Part shown: in pieces, positions 7,909 to 17,672 of the stretch
Layout: every line of letters begins with the position of its first letter
Position numbering within the stretch: position 1 is the stretch's first letter
From: Actinomycetota bacterium
GTDB lineage: Bacteria > Actinomycetota > Thermoleophilia > Solirubrobacterales > Thermoleophilaceae
NCBI GenBank assembly: GCA_046731915.1
Contig: JBKPME010000070.1
Location: 13,560-77,559 of the forward strand
Reading direction: 5' to 3'
DNA: 64,000 bases
Notes under the pieces: model-generated
The model's input: the letters and a program-made list of their open reading frames with translations, nothing else
The model's database searches: none
Told to the model about the DNA's origin: nothing
Program-made: the position numbers and the translations under genes

Positions 7909-8706
7909 TCAGGCCAGGATCAGGTCAGCGAGCGTGTCGGTCACCGCAACCGGCTCGGGTTCGACCCCATTCAGTGCCTGTCGTTCCGTGCCCCCTGAGA
8001 GCACCAAAGCCGCATCCAGCTTCGCGGCCGCGGCCGCCGCCAGGTCGGTGTCCACTCGGTCGCCCACTACCAGCGTGCGGCGGTTCGCGCCCAGTCGGTC
8101 CAGGGCAGTCAGCATCAGCTGGGGCTCGGGCTTTCCCACGGTCTCCGCCTTGCGGCCGCTTGCCACCTCGATCGCGGCGAGAATCGCACCGGTTCCGGGC
8201 CAGAGCCCGTCGGGTTGCGGGTAGGTAGGGTCGCGCGCGGTGGCGATGAAGTCGGCGCCGCGGCGCACCGCAAGAGCCGCGTAACGGAGGTCGTCGTAGA
8301 CGAGCTCCTCGGTGCCCCCCACGACGACGACCTCGGCGCGAGTGGCCAGATCGGTCCCGTTCAGCACGCGCAGTCCGGCGTCGGTCACGTGGCGGCGCAG
8401 CGCTTCCGTGCCGACCACGAATGCGGTGCGGCCGGAGCGCGTCTCGGCCAGCACGTGCTGGACCGCGCCGCCCACCGTCACAACGTCGCGCAGCGACGCG
8501 CGGATGCCGATCTTCCAGAGCCGGGCCACGTAGTCCTCGCTCGCGCTGCGGGGGTCGTTGGTCGCAAAGACGACGTCGCGGCCGGCCTCGCGAATGGTGT
8601 CGATCGCCTCTACCGCGCGCGGCGTCGGCTCGTCGCCGATCCAGACGCAGCCGTCCAGGTCGAGGATGAACTGGTCGTAGCGCTGGGCGATGGGGCTGAG
8701 GGGCAC
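7909..8706 (-). CDS. HAD-IIA family hydrolase (NagD-like sugar or pNPP phosphatase)
   Basis: FILDLDGCVW (DxDG motif I), ATND motif II, and GKPEP...VGDRVDTD motifs III/IV. Confidence 0.8.
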   Translation of the reverse strand: MPLSPIAQRYDQFILDLDGCVWIGDEPTPRAVEAIDTIREAGRDVVFATNDPRSASEDYVARLWKIGIRASLRDVVTVGGAVQHVLAETRSGRTAFVVGTEALRRHVTDAGLRVLNGTDLATRAEVVVVGGTEELVYDDLRYAALAVRRGADFIATARDPTYPQPDGLWPGTGAILAAIEVASGRKAETVGKPEPQLMLTALDRLGANRRTLVVGDRVDTDLAAAAAAKLDAALVLSGGTERQALNGVEPEPVAVTDTLADLILA

Positions 8707-8725
8707 GTAGCTAGCCTACGCCGCC

Positions 8726-9415
8726 GTGCTCAGGCGGATCTCAGCGCTGCTGTGCGCGTTCGCGGTCGTGCTGGCCGGATGCGGCGATGATGACGATCAG
8801 TCCGCACAGAAGAAGGACTCGACGGCCGCGCCCGCGGCCACGCAGCAGGCGGGCAAGTGCAAGGACGTCGAGCAGCCGGCGCCGCGCGACGGCCGCGGGC
8901 AGAAGAAGCCGGGCAAGCCGCTCGACGCGTCCAAGACCTACGAGGTGGAGCTCCGGACAAGCTGCGGCTCGTTCACGATCCGGCTCGACCAGAAGGCCTC
9001 GCCCAATGCCGCAGCCTCGTTCGCGTCGCTTGCGCACAACGGTTTCTTCGACGACACGATCTTCCACCGCATCGTGCCCGGCTTCGTCATCCAGGGAGGC
9101 GACCCGACCGCGAGCGGCACCGGCGGGCCCGGATACTCGACCAGGGATCCAGTTCCGGCGAACGCGGCCTATAAGCCTGGTGTGGTGGCGATGGCAAAGG
9201 CCGGAAACGAGCCCGCCGGCACGGCGGGCAGCCAGTTCTTCGTCGTGACCGCCGCCGGCGCCGGGCTCACGCCCGACTACGCGCTGCTCGGCAAGGTCAC
9301 GAAGGGCATGGACGTTGTGAGATCGATCGGAGAGCTGGGCGACCCGGACAGTGGCGGCACCGGCACGCCTCTACAGTCAGTGGTGATCGAAAAGGCAACC
9401 GTAGGTGAGCACTGA
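8726..9415 (+). CDS. cyclophilin-type peptidyl-prolyl cis-trans isomerase, predicted lipoprotein
   Basis: Signal peptide with lipobox LAGC, then FHRIVPGFVIQGGDP...GPGY...MAKAG...GSQFFV cyclophilin motifs. Confidence 0.85.
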   Translation: MLRRISALLCAFAVVLAGCGDDDDQSAQKKDSTAAPAATQQAGKCKDVEQPAPRDGRGQKKPGKPLDASKTYEVELRTSCGSFTIRLDQKASPNAAASFASLAHNGFFDDTIFHRIVPGFVIQGGDPTASGTGGPGYSTRDPVPANAAYKPGVVAMAKAGNEPAGTAGSQFFVVTAAGAGLTPDYALLGKVTKGMDVVRSIGELGDPDSGGTGTPLQSVVIEKATVGEH

Positions 9416-10172
9416 CACCCAGCACAGCCCCACCATCTTCGACGTCGGCGAGGCGGACTTCGAGCCGCGCGTGCTCGAGCGCTCGCGCGAGCTGCCCGTG
9501 GTCGTGGACTTCTGGGCCGACTGGTGTGGCCCGTGCAAGCAGTTGACGCCGGTGCTCGAGCGGGCCGCGACGGCTCGCGCGGGCAAGGTGGAGCTGGCCA
9601 AGGTGGACGTGGAGCGCAATCGTGGGCTCCAGGCAGCCTTCCGGATCCAGGGCATCCCGGCGGTGAAGGCGTTCAAGGACGGCCGCGTGGCCGCGGAGTT
9701 CACCGGCGCACAGCCGCCCGCGCACGTCGAGCGCTTCTTCGACACGCTGGTGCCGTCCGAGGCGGACGAGCTGGCTGAGAGTGGGGAGGAGGCGGACCTG
9801 CGCCGGGCGCTCGAGCTCGACCCCTCGCAGGCGACAGCGCGCCGCTCGCTCGGAAAACTGCTCCTCCGGCGCGGCGAGACGGAACAGGCGATGGAGCTGC
9901 TCGAGGACACGTCGGGCGACTTCGTCGCGGCCGGCCTGCTCGCGCGCATCGAGCTACCTGCCGATCCGCAGCTCGACGCGGCGTTCGAAGCCTGGGACCG
10001 CGGCGATCACGCCGGCGCGCTCGAGCGCCTCCAATCCGCGCTGGTTGACGAGGCCGACTCCGATCGCAAGGACCTCATCCGGCGCGTGATGGTCGCGATC
10101 TTCACCGAGCTCGGGCCGGACGACCCACTCGCGCGCGAGTATCGGCGCCGGCTGTCCGCCGCGCTGAACTGA
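9405..10172 (+). CDS. thioredoxin-domain protein with C-terminal TPR-like region (YbbN/CnoX-like)
   Basis: VVVDFWADWCGPCKQL (CGPC active site) followed by an Ala/Leu-rich helical repeat. GTG start overlaps the PPIase 3' end by 11 nt. Confidence 0.8.
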   Translation: MSTDTQHSPTIFDVGEADFEPRVLERSRELPVVVDFWADWCGPCKQLTPVLERAATARAGKVELAKVDVERNRGLQAAFRIQGIPAVKAFKDGRVAAEFTGAQPPAHVERFFDTLVPSEADELAESGEEADLRRALELDPSQATARRSLGKLLLRRGETEQAMELLEDTSGDFVAAGLLARIELPADPQLDAAFEAWDRGDHAGALERLQSALVDEADSDRKDLIRRVMVAIFTELGPDDPLAREYRRRLSAALN

Positions 10173-10191
10173 GCCGGCGCCCGCCCGGGAG

Positions 10192-10806
10192 CTACCCGCC
10201 GCCCGCGCGGGTCGCGGCGGCTCTGGATTGTCTGCGCCTGCCCAGCAGCACGAGCACGCCGAGCACGACCACCACCAGCAGGAAGCCGAAGAAGACCGAG
10301 CTGCCCAAGCCGATCCCTCCGAAGATCAGACCGATCGCCTGGACGATGCCGGTGCCGATCGCGAGGAGGGCGATCACGATCAGGACGATCAGGACGATCC
10401 CCCGGATGCGCGCGAGGATGCCCGCGCTCGAGGGCGGCACGAGCAAGCCCATCATCCGGAGCATGAACATCTGGCGACCGGATGGCGCCTCCTGGCCGAG
10501 CTTCTCCATGGCGTCGCGGAGCTCGTCCGGACGGCGCTCGGCGAGAGCGAGCGAGGCTTTCATCATCTGCCGGAGCGCGGGCCGCTCCTGCGGGTGCGCG
10601 CCGGCGAGCGCCTCGTTGAAGTAGGCGCGGGCCGCCTTGGCGTCGTAGCGCTCCGCGGCCCGGGCGCCGAGGATCGCCTTCGCGGCCACGCGGTGCTTCG
10701 ACTCGCCCTGGAGCTGCTCGTCGGTGCGCGACTCGAGTTGCGGGATCGCCGCGAGCGCGCCCATCTGCACCTGCATCTTGATCTGCTTCTGCTTCTGCTT
10801 GGCCAC
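10192..10806 (-). CDS. hypothetical membrane protein (helical N-terminal domain, 3 C-terminal TM segments)
   Basis: Strong GC3 bias. MAKQKQKQIKMQ... is followed by the hydrophobic stretches IVLIVLIVIALLAIGTGIV, GLIFGGIGLG and FFGFLLVVVVLGVLVLL. No family recognised. Confidence 0.55.
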   Translation of the reverse strand: MAKQKQKQIKMQVQMGALAAIPQLESRTDEQLQGESKHRVAAKAILGARAAERYDAKAARAYFNEALAGAHPQERPALRQMMKASLALAERRPDELRDAMEKLGQEAPSGRQMFMLRMMGLLVPPSSAGILARIRGIVLIVLIVIALLAIGTGIVQAIGLIFGGIGLGSSVFFGFLLVVVVLGVLVLLGRRRQSRAAATRAGGG

Positions 10807-10861
10807 GGTCGAGAGAGTCTAGGCGGTTTGACGCGAGCGCCATGACGGGTACCCGGGCGCC

Positions 10862-11104
10862 ATGACCATCGCCATCCTCGTCGCTGTCTGCATCGTTCTG
10901 CTCGTGCTCGCCTTCCTCCTGCCGCGTCTCTCGATCTGGCCGCAGCGGGGAGTGGACCGGACACTCGGTGCGGGCCAGCGCGCCGGCGGCAAGGGGCCCG
11001 GACCGATCGGCAAGCTCTTCTCGAAGTCGTTCGGCACCTCGCGGAAGGCGACCAACAAGAGCGCGTCGACGGGTCGCCGGGCCCGCTCCAAGCTGCCGCT
11101 CTAG
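10862..11104 (+). CDS. small membrane protein, hypothetical
   Basis: One N-terminal TM segment (MTIAILVAVCIVLLVLAFLLP) and a basic tail. Its stop shares a CTAG with the convergent DivIVA-like gene. Confidence 0.45.
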   Translation: MTIAILVAVCIVLLVLAFLLPRLSIWPQRGVDRTLGAGQRAGGKGPGPIGKLFSKSFGTSRKATNKSASTGRRARSKLPL

Positions 11105-11733
11105 CGGGTTTCCTCGTTCTCTTCGGTCGCGTCTTCGGCGACGTCGTCGCTCGCGCCGCCGGGTAGGACGTCGAGCTCGACCTCGTTCGTGGGCGGGCCG
11201 TTCTCCTCGGGACGGGCGAGCGTCTCGTCCGTTTCTTGGTCGCTGATCATCTCCGGCATGGCGACGCGCTCGAGCGCCTCCTCGGCCGTGTTCAGCACGT
11301 CCTCGGCAAGTTGCCGGATGTCTTCGATCAGGCGCTGGCGCTCGTCCCAGAGCAGCCGCGTGTCGACGACGACCTTCTCCGTGTAGGCGTCAGCCTGCTG
11401 GCGAACGAGGTCCGCCTCGCGCTCGGCGCGCTGGATGCGGCCCTCGGCCTGAGCCCGGGACCGCGCCGCGATCTCGTCGGCGGTCTCGTGGGCGCGCTGG
11501 AGAATGCCGCTGGTCTCCTCGCCGACCTCGGCGAGCGCTCGCTGGACGACCGCCTCCTGCGACTGGCGGCTCTCCAGGTCGGCGATCAGCTCGCGGACTT
11601 CCTCCACGAAGGCGTCGACCGCCGCGCGGTCATAACCGCGCATGACGATCGGGAAGCTCCGCTCGCCGAGGTCCTCGGCGCGGCTGCGCGCGAAGCGCGC
11701 GGCCCTGAACTCGCTTGTGTCGAAGTCGGCCAT
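11101..11733 (-). CDS. DivIVA-domain protein
   Basis: FPIVMRGYDRAAVDAFVEEV is the DivIVA N-terminal signature. It is followed by a coiled-coil and an acidic tail. Confidence 0.7.
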   Translation of the reverse strand: MADFDTSEFRAARFARSRAEDLGERSFPIVMRGYDRAAVDAFVEEVRELIADLESRQSQEAVVQRALAEVGEETSGILQRAHETADEIAARSRAQAEGRIQRAEREADLVRQQADAYTEKVVVDTRLLWDERQRLIEDIRQLAEDVLNTAEEALERVAMPEMISDQETDETLARPEENGPPTNEVELDVLPGGASDDVAEDATEENEETR

Positions 11734-11943
11734 GGGCGTTATCCCCTCTTAGTACGGCACGCACCAGGGCCTCAGTATGCCGATCGCAGCGGAAATTGAA
11801 CCAATCCTCGATAACGACGGTTATGTCAACTTGGGACGAACTACAGCGGTGAAGGCACTTGGGTTGGCGTTTTCGGTTCGATTTCGCAACGAAAAACGCC
11901 CACCCGCCGCGGGCGCGCGCTCGCTGCCTCAGAATGCCGGCTT

Positions 11944-12519
11944 GTGGACGACCCGCTGACCCTGTTCCAGAGCTGGCTCGACGACGCGCGTGCCGCCGAG
12001 GGCCCGGGCGCCGAGGCGTTTGCCGTGGCGACCGCGACGGCGGGCGGCGAGCCCTCCGTGCGCATGGTTCTGATGAAGGGCCTCGACGAGCACGGGCTCG
12101 TCTTCTTCACGAACTACTCGAGCCGGAAGGGGCGCGAGCTCGGGGAGAACCCCTGCGCAGCACTTCTGTTCCACTGGCCGTCACTCGGCCGCCAGGTGCG
12201 CGTCGATGGGCCCGTCACGCGCGTCGACCGCGCCGACAGCGAGGCGTACGCCCGCAGCCGACCGCGCCAGAGCCAGCTGAGCGCGCTCGCGTCGCCGCAG
12301 AGTGAGGTCGTGCCTGACCGCGAGTGGCTCGAGCGCCGTGTCGAGGAGCTCGACCGCGAGCACGCCGGCGCGGAGCTGCCCGTTCGCGAGGACTGGGGCG
12401 GCTACCGCGTCGAGCCGGAGGTCTGGGAGTTCTGGCAGCACCGCGACAACCGTCTCCACGACCGCCACCGCTACGAGCGGACCGCCGACGGCTGGCGTGT
12501 CGAGCGCCTGGCGCCCTGA
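11944..12519 (+). CDS. pdxH: pyridoxamine 5'-phosphate oxidase
   Basis: GTG start. PSVRMVLMKGLDEHGLVFFTNYSSRKGREL...WGGYRV.PE..EFWQ.R..RLHDR is the canonical PdxH pattern. Confidence 0.9.
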   Translation: MDDPLTLFQSWLDDARAAEGPGAEAFAVATATAGGEPSVRMVLMKGLDEHGLVFFTNYSSRKGRELGENPCAALLFHWPSLGRQVRVDGPVTRVDRADSEAYARSRPRQSQLSALASPQSEVVPDREWLERRVEELDREHAGAELPVREDWGGYRVEPEVWEFWQHRDNRLHDRHRYERTADGWRVERLAP

Positions 12520-12526
12520 CGCCCGT

Positions 12527-12910
12527 CTAGAGCGCGGCCTCCAGCTCCACCATCGTCTTCAGCCGCGCCAGCTGAGAGCCGATCCGCCGCTGGATGCTCC
12601 TCCGGACCAGCGGGCGGGCGCCGACGAACAGGACGCGCGCCAGCGTGTCCTCGGGGCCCGCGTCGACCATGTGCCGCACGCGGGTGCCGCCCACATCCTC
12701 TGACAGCTCGAGCGTCCCCTCGAAGGGAAAGCGCCCCGACACGGCTCGCACGACCTGACGGCGCGGCGGATCGCTCTCGGTGATCTCGTAGTGGTCGGTC
12801 GAGACCTCGGCCAGGTCCTCCTCCCACCGGTGCCAGTGCTGGGGGTCCGACGCCCACTTCCAGACCGCTTCCATCGGCCGCTCGATCACGATCTCGGCGG
12901 ACGCCCTCAT
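12527..12910 (-). CDS. SRPBCC (START/polyketide-cyclase-like) family protein
   Basis: Internal start MRASAEIVIERPMEAVWKWASDPQHW. ATGA overlap with the upstream gene. One of three SRPBCC paralogues in the window. Confidence 0.7.
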   Translation of the reverse strand: MRASAEIVIERPMEAVWKWASDPQHWHRWEEDLAEVSTDHYEITESDPPRRQVVRAVSGRFPFEGTLELSEDVGGTRVRHMVDAGPEDTLARVLFVGARPLVRRSIQRRIGSQLARLKTMVELEAAL

Positions 12911-13881
12911 CCGTCCGTGTAGGGCTTGATCTCGATCCCGTGGTCGCGCTCGCGCATTCCGAGCTCGTAGGCCGCGCCGTGGGGCACAACCAGCTGGGCG
13001 CTCCCTCGCCCCTTCCGGCTCACCTGCAAGCGCATCTCCGCGATCGAGCAGTTCACCGCGTGGTGCTCCGAGCCGTCCGGATCGGCGTAGACCCAGCCGA
13101 CGAAACGCTCGCGCGGGGCCTCGACGCTTCCGCGCACCTCCACCCCACTCCCGGACAGCGTGAACGTGCAGTTGGTCGGATAGTCGGTGACCCGCACACG
13201 CCGCAGCACGTGCCGGTCGCCCGCGACGCTCAGCGCCCCGTTGGCCACCCACGGCGTGGTGAGCGGGCCGACCTTCACGCGTCCGATCGCAGCGTCGAGC
13301 CAGTCGCCGTCCGCGGTGAGCCCGTGAAGCCAGATCCAGCGCTCGGCGTGCTGCGTGCCCCAGTTGTGCCCCACCATGCCGCGCCAGCCGTCGACCTCGA
13401 TCTCGCGGCCGTCCACGCGGAGCGTCCCGGAGAAGCGGGCGGCCGGCGCCGGTGACAGGAGCTTCGTGCGCGGTAGCGGAGCGCGGTACAGCCACGCCGC
13501 CGGCAAGTGGAATAGCGGCTCTTCAGCCTCGACCAGGACAAGCTCCCACGCGACCTCCTCCCCAATCGACCCGCGAGCGCCGTCCGCGCCGATCCGGACC
13601 TCTCCCACGCGCAGCCAGTCGGCCCCGCCGCTCGACGGGCCCGGCAGCGTCAGCTTCGCCGCCCGCGGCCCGCTCGCCTCGAACAGCGTGAACCAGAGCG
13701 AGCCAGTCGGTGCCGCGCCAGGGCGCTTGTGCACCGTGTACCGGATCCAGGTGCCGAGTGGCTCGGAGGGATGGCACAGCTTCAGATAGAAGCTCTCGTA
13801 ATGCCCGGCGTTCGCGGGAACCGCCCGGAAGCGAGCAGCGGTTGGGTCGACGGGCGCCACGGGCGAGCAGCGTAACCTCAC
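12907..13881 (-). CDS. conserved hypothetical protein (beta-rich, family not recognised)
   Basis: Long GC3-biased ORF, translationally coupled to the SRPBCC gene. The GTG at 13881 lies only 5 nt from the divergent SDR start, so the GTG at 13860 is an alternative start. Confidence 0.55.
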   Translation of the reverse strand: MRLRCSPVAPVDPTAARFRAVPANAGHYESFYLKLCHPSEPLGTWIRYTVHKRPGAAPTGSLWFTLFEASGPRAAKLTLPGPSSGGADWLRVGEVRIGADGARGSIGEEVAWELVLVEAEEPLFHLPAAWLYRAPLPRTKLLSPAPAARFSGTLRVDGREIEVDGWRGMVGHNWGTQHAERWIWLHGLTADGDWLDAAIGRVKVGPLTTPWVANGALSVAGDRHVLRRVRVTDYPTNCTFTLSGSGVEVRGSVEAPRERFVGWVYADPDGSEHHAVNCSIAEMRLQVSRKGRGSAQLVVPHGAAYELGMRERDHGIEIKPYTDG

Positions 13882-13886
13882 GCGCC

Positions 13887-14624
13887 ATGAACGAAGACCA
13901 AGCCAGCGCCGCGGGCACGGCCCGCGGCTCGGGGAAGGGCGAACCAGTCCTAGTGATCACGGGCGCCAGCACGGGCATCGGCGCCGCCACGGCCCACCGA
14001 GCGGTCGAGTTCGGCCAGCGCGTCGTGCTCGCCGCCCGCTCGGAGGACAAGCTCACCGCGCTCGCCGAGGAGCTCGGTGGCGAGGAGAAGGCGCTCGCCG
14101 TACGCTGCGACGTCACGAGCTGGGACGACCAGCAGGCGCTCATCCGGACGGCGCTCGATCGCTACGGGCGGATGGACGCCTACTTCGCCAACGCCGGCTT
14201 CGGCGCGAAGCGCGGCTTCCTCGAGGAGTCCGTCGAGCACTGGAAGTCGATGATCGACACCAACGTGCTCGGCACAGCGCTCTCGATCCGCGCCTCACTC
14301 GGCCACTTCAAGGAGCAGAACAGCGGCCACCTGATTCTCACGAGCTCGATCGCCGGCCGCCGCGCGCTCCCCGGGTCGCTCTACTCGGCGACAAAGCACG
14401 CCGTCACGGCAATGGGAGAGGCGCTCCGCCAGGAGATCGCCGACACCAACATCAAGATGACGCTGATCGAGCCCGGCATGGTGGACACGCCGTTCTTCGA
14501 CAACCCTGTGAGCGGCGCGCTGGACCCCGACGACATAGCTCGCGGCGTCCTGTTCGCGCTCACGCAGCCGCCTCACGTGGACGTCAACGAGATGCTGATC
14601 CGTCCCATCCACCAGCCCACGTAA
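13887..14624 (+). CDS. SDR-family oxidoreductase
   Basis: VLVITGASTGIGAATA (TGxxxGxG), NAG and the YSATKHAV catalytic YxxxK. Confidence 0.85.
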   Translation: MNEDQASAAGTARGSGKGEPVLVITGASTGIGAATAHRAVEFGQRVVLAARSEDKLTALAEELGGEEKALAVRCDVTSWDDQQALIRTALDRYGRMDAYFANAGFGAKRGFLEESVEHWKSMIDTNVLGTALSIRASLGHFKEQNSGHLILTSSIAGRRALPGSLYSATKHAVTAMGEALRQEIADTNIKMTLIEPGMVDTPFFDNPVSGALDPDDIARGVLFALTQPPHVDVNEMLIRPIHQPT

Positions 14625-14634
14625 CCTCGTCGGC

Positions 14635-15690
14635 GTGAGAGTCGCTCACGTCGACATGGATGCCTTCTATGTGAGCGTCGAGCTTCAGCGCAGGCCCGAG
14701 CTCGTGGGGCTTCCCGTCGTCGTAGCCGGCAGCGGCCCACGCGCCGTGGTCACGACCGCGAGCTACGAGGCGCGGAAGTTCGGGATCTTCTCGGCCACAC
14801 CCGCCGAGCGGGCGCGCAGGCTGTGCCCGGACGCCACGTTCGTCCCGCCCGACTTCGAGGCCTACCGGGCACGATCCAAGGAAGTCATGGCCGTGCTGAG
14901 GCGCCACGTCGAGCGCGTGGAGGTCGTGGGGCTTGACGAGGCCTATCTCGACCTGACCGGCCTGGACCGCCACCGCTCCGCCGCCAGGCGCGTGAAGGAG
15001 GCGGTGAAGGCCGAGACCGGGCTCACGTGCAGCGTCGGCATCGGGCCCAACAAGCTGGTCGCGAAGGTGGCCTCGGACGCCGAGAAGCCCGACGGCTTCC
15101 TCGAGCTGACCGCCGATGGCGCCCGCATCCGCTTCGCGGAGGCCTCGCCCGGGCTCGTGCCGGGTATCGGACCGAAGACCGTCGCCCGGCTCGAGCAGCT
15201 CGGCATCGCCACGCTCGGCCGCCTTGGCGCCACGCCGGACGAGCAGCTCACGCAGTGGTTCGGGTCGCGCCTCGGCCCTCATCTCGCGGCGCTCGCCCGC
15301 TTCGAGGACGACCGCATGATCGAGACCGTCCGGATCGCGAAGTCGGAGTCGCGCGAGACCACCTTCGACTGCGACCTGCACGGCCTCCCGCAGCTCGAGC
15401 CCGTGCTCGAGCGGCTCAGCGGCGAGCTCTGCGAGACGCTTGTCCGTGGGGAGCGGCGCGGCCGCACCATCGGCATAAAGGTCCGCTTCGACGATTTCAG
15501 CACTGTCACGCGTGCTCGCAGCCTCGACACCGCGGTGAACGACCGGGCCACCGTCGGGACGGTGGCCCTCGAGCTCCTCCGCCGCCTCGATCCGCGCCGG
15601 CCGGTGCGCCTCCTGGGCGTCCGTGTGGCGGGGCTCGACGAGGGCGCGGCGCTCGCGATCTCGGACGATCAGCTCAGCCTGTCCCTCTGA
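14635..15690 (+). CDS. dinB: DNA polymerase IV
   Basis: HVDMDAFYVSVE, SYEARKFG, LDEAYLD and GIGPKT motifs of Y-family polymerases. Confidence 0.9.
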   Translation: MRVAHVDMDAFYVSVELQRRPELVGLPVVVAGSGPRAVVTTASYEARKFGIFSATPAERARRLCPDATFVPPDFEAYRARSKEVMAVLRRHVERVEVVGLDEAYLDLTGLDRHRSAARRVKEAVKAETGLTCSVGIGPNKLVAKVASDAEKPDGFLELTADGARIRFAEASPGLVPGIGPKTVARLEQLGIATLGRLGATPDEQLTQWFGSRLGPHLAALARFEDDRMIETVRIAKSESRETTFDCDLHGLPQLEPVLERLSGELCETLVRGERRGRTIGIKVRFDDFSTVTRARSLDTAVNDRATVGTVALELLRRLDPRRPVRLLGVRVAGLDEGAALAISDDQLSLSL

Positions 15691-15704
15691 CGTAGTCTTC
15701 GGGC

Positions 15705-17138
15705 ATGTCCTCGGATCGCCTCACGGGGCTGGACGCCTCCTTCCTCCATCTGGAGGACGCCGCCTCCCACATGCACGTGGCCGGCGTGATGATCTTCGAA
15801 GGCTCCCCGCCGCCGTATGAGGAGCTGCTCGAGGCCATCGAGCGCCGCCTCGGCCTCGTGCCGCGCTACCGCCAGCGCGTGGCCTTCGTGCCGTTTGGCC
15901 AGGGCCGGCCGAAGTGGGTGGACGACCCGCACCTGAACCTGCGCTACCACGTCCGCTCGACCGCCCTGCCCGCGCCGGGCTCCGAGCAACAGCTGAGGGA
16001 GCTCGCCGGCCGCGTGTTCGCGCAGCAGCTCGACCGCGACAAGCCGCTATGGGAGATCTGGCTCGTCGACGGGCTCGAGGGCGACCGCTTCGCGATGCTG
16101 TCGAAGACCCACCATGCGCTCGTGGACGGCATCTCCGGCGTGGACATCATGTCGGTGCTGTTCGACACCTCGCCCGAGCCGGCCGCGCCTGCCGACACCG
16201 GCGACCGCTGGCTCCCGAGCCCCCTCCCCTCCTCTGCTCAATTGCTCGGCGAGGCGCTCGTCGAGCGGGCCACGGTGCCCGCCGAAATTGCGCGGTCGGT
16301 CCGCGCGGTCCTGCGCGGACCGCGCCGAGTTGCGGTGGGGATGCGCGACGCCGCCGTGGGCGTGGGCGCCATGGCATGGGCCGGCCTGAACCCCGCTCCC
16401 CCCACCCCCTACAACAAGTCGATCGGCCCGCACCGCCGCTTCACCTGGGTTCGGGTGAACCTCGCCGACATCAAGGCGATCAAGAACGAGCTCGGCGGCA
16501 CGGTGAACGACGTCGTTCTCGCCACGATCGCGGGCGCGCTCGGTAAGCACCTGCGCCGCCGCGGCCAGAACACAGACGGCGTGGAGCTGAAGGCGATGGT
16601 TCCGGTGAGCGTGCGCGCCGACGTCGAGCGCGGCGCGCTCGGGAACCGCGTCGCCGCGATGATGGCGCCGCTGCCGGTGTGGTGCCAGGACCCGGTCGCG
16701 CGGCTCGACATCGTGCGCGAGGAGCTGAAGGGCCTCAAGTCCGGCGGCCAGGCGGTCGGGGCCCAGGTGCTGACCCAGCTCTCCGGCTTCGCGCCGGCCA
16801 CCGTCATGGGCCAGGCCTCCCGGCTGATGGCGCGCCAGCGCTTCTTCAACATCGTCGTGACCAACGTGCCGGGTCCGCAGATTCCGCTCTACCTCGCCGG
16901 CAAGCGCATGGTCGACACCTTCCCGATGGTCCCGCTGGCAAAGAACCAGGCGCTCGGCGTGGCCCTGCTCTCGTACGCGGGCCGCATCAACTTCGGCATC
17001 GTGGGCGACTTCGATCTGATGTGGGACCTCGACGACTTCACCGAGGACGTCCGCGACTCACTTGCCGAGCTGGCGGCTGAGGCGCATGTCGAGCTCACGG
17101 CGGAGACGGAGCCCTCCGGCCAGGCGGTGCGTGCGTGA
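15705..17138 (+). CDS. wax ester synthase/diacylglycerol acyltransferase (WS/DGAT)
   Basis: Active-site HHALVDGISG, a length of 477 aa, and C-terminal NVPGP. Confidence 0.9.
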   Translation: MSSDRLTGLDASFLHLEDAASHMHVAGVMIFEGSPPPYEELLEAIERRLGLVPRYRQRVAFVPFGQGRPKWVDDPHLNLRYHVRSTALPAPGSEQQLRELAGRVFAQQLDRDKPLWEIWLVDGLEGDRFAMLSKTHHALVDGISGVDIMSVLFDTSPEPAAPADTGDRWLPSPLPSSAQLLGEALVERATVPAEIARSVRAVLRGPRRVAVGMRDAAVGVGAMAWAGLNPAPPTPYNKSIGPHRRFTWVRVNLADIKAIKNELGGTVNDVVLATIAGALGKHLRRRGQNTDGVELKAMVPVSVRADVERGALGNRVAAMMAPLPVWCQDPVARLDIVREELKGLKSGGQAVGAQVLTQLSGFAPATVMGQASRLMARQRFFNIVVTNVPGPQIPLYLAGKRMVDTFPMVPLAKNQALGVALLSYAGRINFGIVGDFDLMWDLDDFTEDVRDSLAELAAEAHVELTAETEPSGQAVRA

Positions 17139-17587
17139 GGGATAGGCTCGCGGAGTGCGCCCGCGACCTTGGGATCGAGGTGCAGGTGCAGCGTCTCGAA
17201 GCCTCTACGCGCACGGTCGCGGACGCCGCGACCGCCGTGGGCTGCGAGGAGGCTGAGATCGCGAAGTCGATCGTGTTCGTCGCCGACGGCGAGCCCGTGG
17301 TCTGCGTCGCCTCAGGCCAGCACCGCGTGGACACCGAGAAGGTCGCCGACGCGCTCGACGTGGCTGAGGTGCGCCAGGCTCAGGCCGACGAGGTCCGGGC
17401 CGCCACCGGCTTCGCTGTCGGCGGTGTGCCGCCCTTCGGGCACGACCTCCCGGTCCTCTTCGACGAGGCGCTCCTCGATCACAAACGCGTATGGGCGGCC
17501 GCAGGTGACCCGCACAGCCTCTTCTGCGTGAACCCGCGCGAGCTGGCGCACTGCACGCGCGCTCGCGTCGTCAAGCTCGGCGAGTAG
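17135..17587 (+). CDS. YbaK/EbsC-type aminoacyl-tRNA editing (deacylase) domain protein
   Basis: GTGA overlap with the WS/DGAT stop. KSIVF... and GFAVGGVPPFGH patterns of the YbaK/ProX family. Confidence 0.75.
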   Translation: MRDRLAECARDLGIEVQVQRLEASTRTVADAATAVGCEEAEIAKSIVFVADGEPVVCVASGQHRVDTEKVADALDVAEVRQAQADEVRAATGFAVGGVPPFGHDLPVLFDEALLDHKRVWAAAGDPHSLFCVNPRELAHCTRARVVKLGE

Positions 17588-17612
17588 TTCGCCCCAGGTA
17601 CAAACCGGCCCC

Positions 17613-17649
17613 GCCGAATCCTGTACGCCGGGCGCATGACGGATTCGGC
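17613..17649. promoter_or_regulatory. 9-bp perfect inverted repeat (GCCGAATCC-N19-GGATTCGGC) 24 nt upstream of amt; candidate operator
   Basis: Arms read directly at 17613-17621 and 17641-17649. The function is inferred from position only. Confidence 0.25.
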
Positions 17650-17672
17650 CGCCTTCCGGACCATTTAGGGTC

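Noticed and set aside
11866-11900. Hairpin GGCGTTTTCG-N14-CGAAAAACGCC in the 210-bp AT-richer divergent region between the DivIVA-like gene and pdxH, and the 60-aa ORF 11777-11959.
   Set aside because: The hairpin has one bulge and no flanking U-tract, and it sits between two divergent starts, so it is not a terminator and I cannot assign a function. The ORF has poor GC3 bias and runs into the pdxH start.
17588-17672. GlnR box upstream of amt.
   Set aside because: No GTnAC-n6-GAAAC repeat is present. Only the GCCGAATCC/GGATTCGGC palindrome stands out, and it is reported separately at low confidence.
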